From: the human T2T-CHM13v2.0 reference genome, Homo sapiens
Length of the DNA stretch: 64,000 nucleotides
Assembly: GCF_009914755.1 (NCBI RefSeq)
Contig: NC_060945.1
Direction: 5' to 3' (one strand)
In this document: positions 14,440-27,371 of the stretch, one piece after another
Position numbering within the stretch: position 1 is the stretch's first letter
Layout of the letters: every line of letters begins with the position of its first letter
Made by a program: the position numbers and the translations under genes
Notes under the pieces: generated by a model
What the model was told of the DNA's origin: nothing
Databases searched by the model: none
What the model saw: the letters and a program-made list of their open reading frames with translations, nothing else

Positions 14440-14740
14440 GGGACACACATGCTCATCCCTCACCACACACACACACACGATCGTCCCCCTCACACACATG
14501 CACACACACAGACACACACATAGGTTCACCTCTCTGTCCTCTCTTTCTTTTTCTTGGATACACATTCACTTTCATTCTCATACACATTCACAGACACACA
14601 TGTTCACACAGACACACATGCTCACACATGCATTCTCACTCTTACACACACACACCCTTCCTCTTTCTCTTTCACATACGCATCTGAGAAACCTACACAC
14701 ACAAAAAACCCTTTATATATAATATTCTTATACACAACAG
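14440..14740. repeat. Degenerate (CA)n / CT-rich low-complexity tract
   Basis: Runs of cacacac interspersed with ctctttct. Confidence 0.85.
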
Positions 14741-15456
14741 GTATGGCTTTGGGGAAGTTGAAGAGTGTCTTATGTCACACCCTTAACTACTTAAATTTAA
14801 ACGTTAGATTCTCATTTATAAAAGTCTTTTGCACTTTCTGTGATTCTTCTGTGCTCTCCCTCTTTTCCTTCCTTTCTCTTCGTTTCTCCCTCACCTCCCT
14901 TAATACCCGCTTCGTATCCAGCAGAGAGCAGCTAGTTGGCTTTTTGTTCCTCTGTCTTCTGCTTCCAGGGTCTTCCCTTTTATTCCTGGCAGCTTTAGGA
15001 AGTACAAAGTTTCATTTATATTCACATTTTCAAAAAATAAAAAGAACTTGCACAATTATAAAACATAGTACAATGATATCAAACAAATCTGCAATCTTGA
15101 TAATGAGAATTAATCAATTATAAATGCAAATGCAAATGTGTAGATTATTCTAGAAAAATAAATAAGTGGTCTTTATCCTATTAAGGAATCTTTAGTAAGC
15201 TTGCAGCTTGATCCAATCTGATCAGGTGAAACTGTATTATGGTTTCATTGAAAACATTAGCCTAAATAGATAAAAGATAAGATAATCAGCTTGTTAGCAA
15301 CTTTTAAAAACTGGTAACTTTTTTGATAATACTTTTCAGTCCCTTTCCATCACTTGGCAGTTAATTCAAGTGATATTTTCTCTCAATTTCAGCTAAGATG
15401 CTTACCAAAGAGGACATGTCAAAATCATAACTCATACCCTGGCTGTCTTAGGCTAG

Positions 15457-16230
15457 CTAGGGCAATGTAGCATGGTGGTTAGCACATAGGCTGGGCTGGT
15501 AAGTCCAGCAAACGTGGGTGTGGATCCTAGCCTGGTCACTTACTACCTGTGCAACTGTTATGGGTTGAACTGTGTCCTCCCAAAAAAAGATATACTGAAG
15601 TCCAAACCCCTGTGACAGCCCCTGTGACTGTGACTTTATTTGGAAATAAAATATTTGCAGACACCATGAAATTAAGATGAGGTCATTTGGGTGGGCCCTC
15701 ATTCAAGATGACAAATGTCCTTATAAGAAGAGGGAAGTTTGAACAGAGATGTGCACACGGAGAAGAAGTCTCAGTGACCACAGAGGCAGAGCCTGGAGTG
15801 ATGCAGCACAAACCAAGGAAGGCCACGCATTGCTGGCCACACCAGGAGCTAGGAAGAGGCAAGGGAAGATTCCTCCCAAATTCTCAGCGGGAGCATGGCC
15901 TTGCTGACACCTCACCTTAGGGTATCTAGTTTCTAGAACTATAACAGAATACATTTATGTTGTTTTCAGTCCCCCAGTTTCACCCAGTTTGTGGTACTCT
16001 GGGATATCATTGCACCCCGTTTGTGCTGTGGTATGGCAGTTCCAGGGAACTAATACTGTAAATCTCATAATCTCCATCTGTGTAAAATGCAAATCACAAT
16101 GCTGATAGTAGTGCTTCCCTAACGAGTGTATTATGAGGATTCCTCAGGCAGACATATGTCACATTCTTTGCACAGTATCCGGCACTTATTAGATGCTCAG
16201 TACATGTTGCTTTTATTAACAAATGTTAGT
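15457..16230 (+). mobile_element. MIR split by MLT1C insertion
   Basis: MIR head 'gcatggtggttagc...ggtcacttactacctgtg' before the LTR; core/tail 'catctgtgtaaaatg...atgaggatt...ggcacttattagatgctcag' after it. Confidence 0.7.
15556..16057 (+). mobile_element. MLT1B/C LTR
   Basis: 'tgttatgggttgaactgtgtcc...tttatttggaaata...cagaggcagagcctggagtgatgcagc...gaactaatac'. Confidence 0.85.
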
Positions 16231-16859
16231 TATTATCAGACATAAACAGCTGAGGTCCCTGCACTCCAGGTAGTTATAATGTTAGGGGTCTCATCCATCC
16301 ACCCAAGATGCCAACCATTTCTAGAACATGTCTACTTTAATATCTCTAGCTATACAACTGATTGTAATTTTGTACTTATTAATTTAGGGCTACAAACATT
16401 TCCTAAGAAACGTTCCATAAATAGTTATAAAAACCATTGAATTGTAAGGAATGAGCTATTAATCTGAGCCATTGGGCATTACCTTGATATCCTCTTCACT
16501 ACCCAGAAAATTGTTAAAGGGAACCTTCCTTGATCAGTAAGACCTGAGCCTCCTGTAAGATCTGCTGCCTTCCCGTTTCTCTGGATTCTGTAACCATGAA
16601 AGTTGACTTTTGCCTTGATGCTATGGACCAAGCCCGGCTCTGACAACCCCACAGCTAAGATGTTTAATGGATAGAATATAATGTTTCCTTCCCTATACTT
16701 CTTACTCTATGATTTTTAAATTTTCTAAAATAAACATGCATTATTGTAATAATTTAAACACATAAGATATGTTTTTTCATATTCAATGCTACTTTCAAGT
16801 AGAATAGAGTCTGATAGAAAAATATAAAGGAAAAATCATATTTCTGATGTACATTTGTA

Positions 16860-17030
16860 GGAATGTAGTATTAAGCTACAAAATGCTGTGCCCACAATCT
16901 GTTTCTAGATGAGCCTCGGTTTCCTTATTTGAAAATGATGCTAACAAGGGTGTACCTCTCCGGACTACTGTGGAGACTGGATATCCTATGAGGGACTATC
17001 ACAGGGTCTTTAATGCAGTAAGTGCCTAGC
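16860..17030 (+). mobile_element. MIR fragment
   Basis: 'gagcctcggtttccttatttgaaaatg' MIR core. Confidence 0.5.
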
Positions 17031-17152
17031 TTCCTGCTTCTCCTCCCTTTATATTTCTCGTAACTTTTGAATAAATTTCCATGAATTCAAGAAAAAACAC
17101 AGTCTTTGCTTGTTGGTAATGTTATCTGTTTTGTTTTGTTTTTCCTGAATCA

Positions 17153-17664
17153 TGTGGAAGGTAGCTTCTGAAATGTCTCCCAGTGACCCCTGCCTTCTGG
17201 CAGTCACAGTCTTATGCAATTGTCTTCCCTTGGGTGTGCACTGGCCCTGGTGACTTGCTCCGAAGGAACACAATTCAGCAAAAGGGATGGGAGTTCACTC
17301 TGAGGTTGGGTTACAAAAAGACTATGGCTTTCATTTTGCACAGCCTCTCTTTCTCTCTCACTTGTTCAGCCACCACACTGTGAGCTGCCCCATGGGAAGG
17401 CCCATGTGGCAGGGAACGGAGCGTGGCCTCTTGTCGACAACCATGTAAACGAGCTTGAAGTGGATCCCTCCCTAGCTGAGCCTTCAGAGAACTGAAGCTT
17501 CAGCTTATACCTTGATTGCATCTTTGTGGAAGACCCTGAGCCAGAGGCACCCCACTAAGGCATCTGGATTCCTGACCTGCAGAAACTCAGAGATAGTGAA
17601 CATTGTTGTATGAAGACACTCAGTTTTAGCATAATTTGTTGAGTAGCAATAGTTAACTAATGCA
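17153..17664 (+). mobile_element. MLT1F-type LTR
   Basis: tgtgg...taactaatgca; 'ggcccatgtggcagggaac', 'ggattcctgacctgcagaaact'; TSD aatca/gatca. Confidence 0.85.
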
Positions 17665-18202
17665 GATCAATACATTTCATGCAGTCATTCTCTACTATTT
17701 TTATTCTAACCCTTCTAGGTGGCAACAATCTCCATTTTGTCACACACATACTCTCAGACAACAGTTTGTTATTCTCACTCTCATTGCCCCCTAGTCCTGT
17801 GTTCTGCAGAGGCCTAGCTAGATGCTACCTATTGATAAAACAGATGATGCTTCTTTCCTACAAATGCCCCACTCTGGTCCTTGACTCATGCCCTAATAGA
17901 ACCCATGTCCCTGTGAAAGCTCTCTCAAAAACTACCTTTTCCCTCAACACAATGAGTGTGTAGCGCCCAAATATGGAGGCTTGTGCAGGTGCGGGATGCC
18001 ACAACCTCAGGATGGAGTGGCTTCCAGGAGAGTCCATATAAGTGAAGAAGGGCTGTGCTGCTGAACTACTAAACCTAAGGATGATGTCAAGATATGCCTG
18101 GGAAATGACAGCAAACTGTTGCACAGGAATGACTGAGAATCACTTCGCCAACCAACACATGTGTGACGCAGTCCACTGATTTTTTAAAAACTGCTGTACT
18201 GA

Positions 18203-18551
<349 letters not shown>

Positions 18552-19103
18552 TCATGTACACAAAGCTGTATCACTGATATTTTAAAATTTGAATCTCTCC
18601 TGTGTTTACAAACGGAAGGGAAACAGAACAATGATTGTAAAAAAGCTTTTGCCCCAACAGTCAAATATTTTACCTCTATGCAAATAATAATAATTATAAA
18701 TAATTTTGAAAAAAGTGGCCAAACTACAAAAAATTCTAATGAGTATTTTTGGCTTAACTGAATTAAAAGCAATAAAAATAGAAGTTCACTCAAGTCATTG
18801 TCATATTTAAATCATATAGTCACAGTATCTATGTGTTAACGTCCTAAGAGGCAAAATTGCCAGCAATTTATTCATCAGGTAATATAGGTAAGTAAAGAGC
18901 AGCTTTTTAGGCTAAATATTTTAGTTAACTATTTTAAAGTCCCCGCACAGTAATACACAGAACCCCAAATCATGCTGATTTTGTTGTTGCTGTCACTTTG
19001 GAATCCAATATCAAATGTCCTCTGGCCATTTCCTCCTTGGTAACAGCCAGGGCAGTTCTGAAAGTACATCCTTCCCCAATTTTCTTAGAACTTGTAGTGT
19101 TTG

Positions 19104-19469
19104 TGATATGGTTTGGCTGTGTCCCCATCCAAGTCTCATCTTGAATTGTAATCCCCATAAACCCTAGGTGTCAAGGGAGGGACCCAGTGGGAGGTGACTG
19201 GATCATGGGTGAGGTTCCCCCCATGCTGTTCTCTTGCTAGTGGGTGAGTTCTCAGAGCTGATGGTTCTACAAGGCAGTTTTCCCTGCTCTTGAATGCTCT
19301 CTCTCACCTGCCACCATGTAAGACGTGCCTGCTTCCCCTTCTGCCATGATTGTAAGTTTCCTGAGGCCTCCCCAGCCATGCAGAACTGTGAGTCAATTAA
19401 ACCTCCTTTCTTTATAAATTACCCAGTCTCAGGTTTTTCTTTATAGCAGTGTGAGAATGAACTAATACA
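19104..19469 (+). mobile_element. THE1D/MST-type solo LTR
   Basis: 'tgatatggtttggctgtgtcccc...actaataca'; perfect 5-bp TSD gtttg. Confidence 0.95.
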
Positions 19470-20112
19470 GTTTGTTTTCTTAATTTTCATGTCTGAGCAC
19501 AGAACAGAATTGAGAAGTAAGAAAAATTATATGTAGGAAAATTTTCCCATAATTATTCCTTCAATGTCATTGTATTCCAATGGCCAGCAAAAATAAGGCG
19601 TGAATAATATCACAACCTCATTGTTGACCTTGAGAAACAGAACTTGACTGCAAAAGTCAAGACATGCCCGACTGATGGAGCTTAAGGCCAATGAAAAAAA
19701 GAATGATAGAGTCAATGACTGGGTGGTTAAGGAGACATAAAGAAACCAGCCATTTGAATGCGCTCAATGGAATAAATAACCTGCAAAAATTAACCCATGA
19801 GCCACAGTGTGCCCCCTTTTTGATCAGCTCCTGATGCTGTTTGGGGTGTTGAGATAGCCCCTAGAAGGGATCTGGGCACATGCTGCATTGCTCATGAACT
19901 GTCTGTTTTATGAACCTTGGACTTTGAGATCTTGGCCACTGCTGCCTGGATGATGTTCCCAAATCATATCTGGTCAGTGTAGAGAGAGATGGGAATCTCC
20001 ACATTCCACGATGTTGCCAGCTCATTGAGCAGGTACTCCACAGATGAGTTCAGTCCTCTTCATATAATTCCTTGTGAGTCATTTCCCAGAATAAGCCCAG
20101 GCACTTTGCCAG

Positions 20113-20491
20113 TGTATTAGTCCATTTTCATACTGCCATAAAGAACTGACCCAGACAGGGTAATTTATAAAGGAAAGAGGTTTAATTGACTCACAGTTCA
20201 GCACAGCTGGGGAGGCCTCAGGAAACTTACAATCATGGTGGAAGGCAAAGGGGAAACAAGGCATCTCCTTCACATGGTGGAAGGAAGGAGAAGTGCAGAG
20301 CAAAGGGGGAAGAGCCCCTTATAAAACCATCAGATCTCGTGAGAACTCACTCACTATCAGGAGAACAGCATGGGGGAAACCTCCCCCATGATTCAATTAC
20401 CTCCCCATGGTGTCTTCCTTGACATGTGGGGATTATGGGGATTATAATTCAATATGAGATTTGGGTGGGGACACAAAGCCTAGCCATATCA
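20113..20491 (-). mobile_element. THE1 (C/D-type) solo LTR
   Basis: 'tgtattagtccattttcatactgc...gagatttgggtggggacaca...ccatatca'. Confidence 0.95.
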
Positions 20492-20605
20492 TCCTGGTAC
20501 ATGGGACAAGTCTTGCCATTTCTCTTCCATAATTCCTTTTTAACAATTGTTCCTTGCCCAGACTTAACTTCTTTCTGGGTTGCCTGTTTTTATATTTCTA
20601 TACCT

Positions 20606-22105
20606 TTTTGCCCACTTTAATTATCCTGCACATCTAAAAAGGTACGCACAGCCACCAAAATATGTGTGTGTGTTTTCTGCTAACTTACAATTTCACAAGC
20701 TGGAGAGGCACTTAGGAACTTCAGTTACAATATGTTTTCAGTCTTTGACATAATAAAACATACGCCACATACAAATGAAGTTTAGCACTCAAATCAGTTA
20801 AAAATCTTCCTACATGTTATTAGAAGGGGTGATTTCATCAGGCATGTTTCTTAAATCAATATGCAATAAAGTCTAAAGTGAGGTCAACCCATTTAACAAT
20901 CGACACCCCCACAAAAATAATAGGGATGAGGTGGGAAGGGCCTAGGTCTTAGTATTTATTATGTTTCCATTAATATTCTGCAGCTCTGTGTAGCTCTCCT
21001 GGGTCATGGTTCTCAACTCCTCCAGGGAGTGAAGTTTGAAGCTGGAGATGTGGAGAAGGAACACAGAATTTGTTCTCAAGTCTCTAAGTCTCAAGTCTCT
21101 AAGGTGATTACTTCTCCCTGCTTCTTGACAAATCCATCAGCTCTTTCCAAATCTAAAAAAGAATCAGGGATATGCCATGTTTTGGGAATAAGGTGTATAG
21201 TTTTTTTTTTTTTAGAGGTAATACGTTTGTGTGTCATTTATCAGAAAATGTAGGTATTGAGTCAAGAAATAATTAAAAATCACATATTTTGCTTCCTTGT
21301 TACTAAACATTAGCTATTATGTTACAATGTAATAATTTTAAAAGTAAGCAGGGGATGACTATTTTATTAAATTTAAATAATAATATGTAATATCAAAGAG
21401 ATGGTTTTTAGGGGAGTCTTGAAATATCTTTATAAACAGTCACATACTTGAATGTATGTGTATATAATATAAATATAAAATATATACATGTATCATTGTT
21501 TTATATTAAATGGGTACTGTATATATTTATAACTATATCTAGATCTATATATCCACCAACTCCCTCTTCTGGGGTCCCATAGCATCTTCTGTATACCATT
21601 ACATTAGTTCTGACTTATTGTACTACCACTTTCTTTTTAAATATTTGTCTTTCTCTCTTGACTGCTCATTCCATGAAAACAGAACCTGTGATTTATTTGA
21701 CTGCTGAATCCCCAGTTATTGATACAGTGCCTCAGATCCAATAAGTGTGGACGAAGTGTTTGGAAAAGAAGCAAGGAGTGATTCCAGATTGATCAATAAT
21801 CATACACTGATTCAAAACCCTGAATCACATAGGATTTTGCCCACTTTAATTATCCTGCACATCTAAAAAAGTGTGCACAGCCTCCAAAATTTGTGTGTGT
21901 GTGTGTATGTGTGTGTGTGCCTGTAGCCATTCACAGGAATATTGCCTGGGGCAAGCACTGGAAGGAGGTTCTGCTAACTTACAATTTCACAAGCTGGAAA
22001 GGCACTTAGGAACTTCAGTTTCAACATGTTTTCAGTCTTTGACATAATAAAACATATGCCATATACACTCACATAGGATACAGTCACAGGATTCAGGGTT
22101 TTGAA
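20606..22105. repeat. Dispersed direct duplication: 20606-20773 and 21835-22067, the second flanked by direct and inverted short repeats
   Basis: About 94% identity by hand outside a ~65 bp indel; tcacataggat at 21825 and 22069; 16-bp inverted repeat at 21811-21826/22090-22105. Confidence 0.95.
21555..21775 (+). mobile_element. L2 3' end
   Basis: 'ttccatgaaaacagaacctgtg...ctgctgaatccccag...acagtgcct'. Confidence 0.6.
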
Positions 22106-22254
22106 GGATGTCTTCATGGTACAAAACTTTAAACTGTTTGCATTCAGAAGATAAAAATACTAAAGCTCTTCCTGGTTTTCTTGACATTCCCAAGGAAAAT
22201 GCTTTTTTTTTTTTCTACTAGCAAGTCTTTATTCCTTTAATAACGTCATATGAT

Positions 22255-22850
22255 TGCATCGTTTCTGTTATCTACTGCTGTGTAACAAAGTACCCCAGAG
22301 CTTAGTAACTTAAATCAACCATTTTATTTTTCTCATAATTTTGGGGAGTCAAGAATTTGAGAAGGTCTTGGCTAGATGATCCACCTCTTTTCCACGTAGC
22401 TTTAGCCACAGGGACGCTGGGGCTGGAGGGGTCACTTCTGAGATGGTCTCTTTACTCACATGCCTACTCCTTGTGCTCTTGGCTCTCCTCTCTTCTCCTC
22501 CCCTTTCTTCCTCCCCTCCCCTCTCCTTTCCTTTTTCTCCCTCTCCTTGTGACATTTCACTCTATAGAGTCTCTCCTTCTGACTTGGGCTTCTCACAGCA
22601 TGGAAGCCTCAGTCTGTGCATTCCTGAACTTCTCAGACAGCAATTTAGGACTCTAAGAGCAAGTTTTCCAAGACACTCAGGGAGAAGCTGCAAGGCTGTT
22701 GTAACCTTGCATGAGAACTACACTGTGTCACTTTTGACACCTTCTATTGGTCAAGCAAGTCACAGAGCCCACCCATACTTAAGGGTTGGGAACATAACAC
22801 TCTCATAGAAGACAGATTAGAAAATTTCTGGGCATCTTTAATCTGCCACA
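22255..22850 (-). mobile_element. MLT1G/H-type LTR
   Basis: 'tatctactgctgtgtaacaaagtacccc...ttctattggtcaagcaagtcacag...tttaatctgccaca'. Confidence 0.8.
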
Positions 22851-23888
22851 AGACTCATAAAGAAGACATAGGAATAAGTTCTCTCTTTTAAAACACATGG
22901 GTGTATTTTGTGAACCAGGGTTGCTTCATATATTTTTGTAGATTCATTCAATTAATTAATTAACAAAGAAAGAAATTAGGAGAAATATTTTTGGTGATGT
23001 AGTATGCCTGCTATTAACAGTTTACAGAGTTTATTTTTGTTTAAACATCCATCCTATAATATAGTTTTTATAAGTTTGAAATTGGGTGATATTATTAATT
23101 TGAAGACCAAACCAGCCAAAATTTGATTATGATCAAAATGAAATTAAAGGATGGATAAATAGTTATTCCCATCAAACTAGACTCCAAATATTTAATTAAA
23201 CTCCAAGGCTTTTAACCAAACATTTATTCCCTTAGACTCTTTTCATTTATTCTTACAAAAATCCTTGCATTTATAATTCATTTTCACTTTACTCAGCAAA
23301 TGTTCTTTTGTAATGAGTTGCTTGATATTCAAAAGACTTCTGAGTCTCTCAATTCTATTTCTGTCAAAATCAGGAAGTTGACTTTTGCCAAGAATAAATG
23401 AACTTGAATACAGAGTTTTAAATGTGGTTCAAAGGATGAAATCCTCAAATCTCAGGCCCATTCTGATGCTGGCAAGACCCTTTCTCCTGCTCAGACTATG
23501 AAATAATAATGATGCTTTTTAACAATTAAAGCTTTGGGTTCCCAAAAACCTGAATCTGTTGCTAAATTTCACTTAACAACAGGATCTTATTTTTATCTTT
23601 AGCAAATATCCTGGGACATGTATAAATACCAGGGACAAACTGCATTACAGATTTAAATTTGGGATGAAAAAATCAATATTTCAAAGTATGACAGGAACAG
23701 ATTCTATAAAATGAACACAAATCAGATACTGCATTGGCTAACTTCCAACAAAGAAAGGACACAAAAAATTGAGAAAGTGAAGTGAAATATTAAATCATAT
23801 AATAAAACTTTTCAGATATGATTTTGAAATCTTGGAGTCTTAATTTAAAACATAAGAGAAAAAAATCTAATTTAAAAATGTTAGTGTT

Positions 23889-24183
23889 GGCCGGGTGTGG
23901 TGGCTCACACCTGTAATCCCAGCACTTTAGGAGGCAGAGGCAGGCAGATCACCTGAAGTCAGGAGTTTGAGACCAGCCTGGCCAAAATGGTGAAACCCTG
24001 TCCCTACCAAAAGTACAAAAATTAGTCGGGCGTGGTGGTGTACACCTGTAGTCCCACGGGAGGCTGAGGCATAAGAATCACTTGAACCCAGGAGGTGAAG
24101 GTTGCAGTGAGCCATGATCACACCATTGCACTCCAGGCTGGGCAACAGAGTGAGACTCTGTCTCAAAAAAAAAAAAAAAAAAA
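23889..24183 (+). mobile_element. AluS (Sx/Sz-like)
   Basis: 'gatcacctgaagtcaggagtttgagaccagcctggcc', poly(A). Confidence 0.95.
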
Positions 24184-24760
24184 TAGTGCTCTTTTGTCAT
24201 TCAATTTTTTGAAATGAGTGACGTTAAATACCAAGTTGTAATTGTTTGGATGAACATATCTAGAACCTGTAATTGTAGCAGACCAAAAAATATATGAGTT
24301 ATTTGTGAGCATTAACCAAGCACCTCCTAGATGCCGGAAGATATTTTTCCAAAGTGGATTCTTATATCTTCCTCAGAAACTTTCAAATGGACTTCTTCAA
24401 TCTGATCCATTAATGCAATTACATTTTCATTTTCCCATTTTACTTAGTGCAAAGTCAAGTTCAAGGAAATTCAATTGTATAGCCAATTGTTAGATCTCCT
24501 TCAAATCAGGTCCAAACTAGCAACATATACATACACACATGCTTCAAATAATCACATTCTAGAATCATCATTTATCTAAATTACAGTGTGTGAATAATGA
24601 ATAGTTTAATTTGGCTTCAGAGGGTAGAAAATATTAGGGGCCAGAAACAGTAGGTTTGAGAAATATGTACATGGCTGTAAACCCAGTCATGCATTCTTCT
24701 CTTAGTTACTCCAGGCCTAGGACTGAAGACAAGCAAACAGAAAGAGAAGCAGTACTCATA

Positions 24761-24814
24761 CGTGTGTGTTTGTGTGTGTGTGTGTGTCTGTGTGCGCGTG
24801 TGTGTGTGCACACG
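24761..24814. repeat. (TG)n microsatellite with CG steps
   Basis: Alternating purine-pyrimidine tract. Confidence 0.9.
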
Positions 24815-24944
24815 CACTATTCGTAATCCAGATAAGATCTTCCAGGTAAGCACAAGCAATTGAGATTCAGTTCATTTTATCATTGTTTATTCTTTTATTC
24901 AATATTAATGTCCGCCAAGTGCCAAAAATGGCATTAGAAATGTT

Positions 24945-25835
24945 TTTGGCAGAGACCACTGGTGCCCACTGAATATCCATAGCTCCTCCATATTTCCCAG
25001 TAGTTCCACCATTCCTTGAAGTGTCTGAGTTCTTCAAGGTCTGGCAAAAGAAAATGTGAGCACTTTTGTTCTGGGGCACTCAGTAGTCACTGTGCCTCCT
25101 CTGTCCTTAATTTCCCTGCCAGGGAGACTTGGAAATTCTCTATCTTTTCTATTGCTGTTATAACAAATTATCACCAGCTTACTGTCTTAAACAATGCAAA
25201 CGTATTATGTTACAGTTCTGGAGGTCAGAAGGTCAACATGGGACTCCCCCAGCTAAAATCAAAGTGGCAGCAGGGTTGTGCTCCTTCTGAAGGCCCTAAA
25301 GGAGAATCTATTTCCTCCATTGTTTTCAGCCTCTAGAGGACATCTGCTTTCCTTTGCTTGTGGCCCCTTCCTCCATCCTCAAAGCCGGTAATGGCAGATC
25401 AGGTACTTCTCACATTTCTTCTGTAGTCACTGTTCTCTCTGATGCATCTGGGAGAGGTTCTCTGTTTTCAAGGATTTATATAATAGGATTGGGCTCACCT
25501 GGATAATCCAGGCTGATTACCATCTCAATGTTTGTAAACGTAATCACATCTGCAATGTCCATTTTGCCATGTAAGGTAATATATGCACAGGCTCTGGGAA
25601 GGAAGTGTGGCCATCTTTCAGGACCCTTATTCTGCCTCCATAGAAGCCATATGGGAAGATGCTGGGATGCAAGATAAAGGGGGCCTGGATCTCTGAATCA
25701 CCACATGGAGAACAGCCATTATGCACCCATGTTCAACTCTGAACAACAAGACGTAAACTTTTTTATAAATGTCCATGCTGTGAGATTTGGGGGTTATTCT
25801 GTGTGACAGCTACCATCAATCATTCTAACTACCAT
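24945..25835 (+). mobile_element. Old MLT1 (J/K-like) LTR interrupted by MLT1D
   Basis: 'gggcctggatctctgaatcaccacatggagaacagcc', 'ctgtgagatttggggg' after the insert. Confidence 0.5.
25138..25640 (-). mobile_element. MLT1D LTR
   Basis: 'ctattgctgttataacaaattatcacc...acagttctggaggtcagaag...gggctcacctggataatccagg...taatcacatctgca'. Confidence 0.85.
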
Positions 25836-26344
25836 GGTGATGGTTAATAATTTGTTCAGGTTTGTTTTAGCTTTGTAGCAAAACTACAAGGCTAGACTAG
25901 CTGGACTTTCCATTCCAATAGATATAATTAATATGCATTTGCAGAAATAATGTCTCCCTTGCCTTTAAATCTCCAGCCATTAATAGAGAGCCTAAAACAA
26001 TACATTTTTGAATGGAATTGAATGAATGAATGGAAGCAAAAACAAGAAAACACATAACAATAACAATGAAAAATGTGGACAACTGAGACAGGTAGACCTA
26101 TTTTAAACAATTCTTTAAGTGAAGAGGATCATTTTGGTCAAAGGCTATTGTTCTTTCCTGGGCTGATACGAGGCCAGGATTTCTCTGGGAATCTTCCACT
26201 CCTACTCATCTCACGCTCAAGCTGGCCAGTCCACAGAAGGAGCTCCAGGGGAGCAGGATTTTGTGGTCCAGGCCTGTGGCCAAAGGTTGAGCCCTAAGAA
26301 AAATGGACCACTAAGGAGCACAGTGAGAGCAGTTTTTGTCATCC

Positions 26345-26560
26345 ATCAGAAAACAGCATAGACTTTGGAAACAGTTCTGAGTACAAATCAGAGCTCAACA
26401 AATACTTAGCAGTGTGGTTATGGGCGAGTAACTCTGAGCCTCTGTTTACTCATCTATGAAACAAGATAATAAGCCTACCTTGCGATGGTGATGTGAGAAT
26501 TTCATGGAACATAACTAATATAGCACAGTTCCAGGCACAAAATGGGCTTTATTTGTATTA
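26345..26560 (+). mobile_element. MIR
   Basis: 'ctctgagcctctgtttactcatctatgaaa...cctaccttgc'. Confidence 0.7.
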
Positions 26561-27371
26561 TTCTGAGTCAATAGGGAAATCCTGAGAGAAAAGCAAGAAT
26601 GGGTTTAGTTTATCCTTCTATCCTGATAAATTCACCTAAAGCTTTCTCTAGATCTGAAAGTTTGGAAGATGATTTTATTCAGGCAATATGTATTCTGATT
26701 ATGTTATTTTGTATCCTAGCAACCTAGCCAGACCTAGAAGAACTTCAAGATCGACACTTAATTGTAAAACTTTAGATGGAATAATCATGTAGATTTTTGT
26801 TTGTTTTAAAGCCGTGTATTAAAAAGAAAACCATTACCATCATGTATAAGGTGATGCAAGTACTTAATTAGCAGAATTTAGTAAAACATTATTTCTAAAG
26901 CTGAGATTAATGAGCTCTCAATGTATGGAAATAAGTTTTAAAAAATAATCAATGAGAATTGTTAGGTTTTATTTATCTTCTAATAGTTTACTGCACATAT
27001 TCTCAGGTCCTGTTAGGAGAAACTAAAATATTCACTGTCTCATTTGGAAAGAAATAAACCATGTAAAAAGAAGCCAGCAAAATCCTTTTATATGTAACAT
27101 GAAGATTCGAAGAGGCTATAAATATTAATTTCAAACCAAGATCACTCAAATAGGAGGGCCCTCAAAGTGATATTGCAAATAATTTCAAGTTATGCAATAG
27201 CTCAAATGGACAAAGAACAGGAATAATTTACTATTTGCCATATGCAATGGACAGGCTGAGCGAAACAGCATTAGGCAGACAAAACCCATTCAACTATGTC
27301 AACTTAGATTTATCCGAAGGAGTCCAATGACCTGCTCAGATTGTTAATGACCATGAGAGCATACTTTCTAA

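Noticed and set aside
14254-15123. His/Thr- and Cys/Val-rich ORFs
   Set aside because: Translations of (CA)n/(TG)n low-complexity DNA
19367-19379. PRDM9-A hotspot motif in THE1 LTRs
   Set aside because: Reads CCTCCCCAGCCAT (and CCTCTCCAGCCAT near 13779), not the CCNCCNTNNCCNC form
21811-22105. Novel MITE with 16-bp TIRs
   Set aside because: The direct repeats lie inside the inverted repeats rather than outside, and the interior is a copy of local sequence; templated insertion fits better
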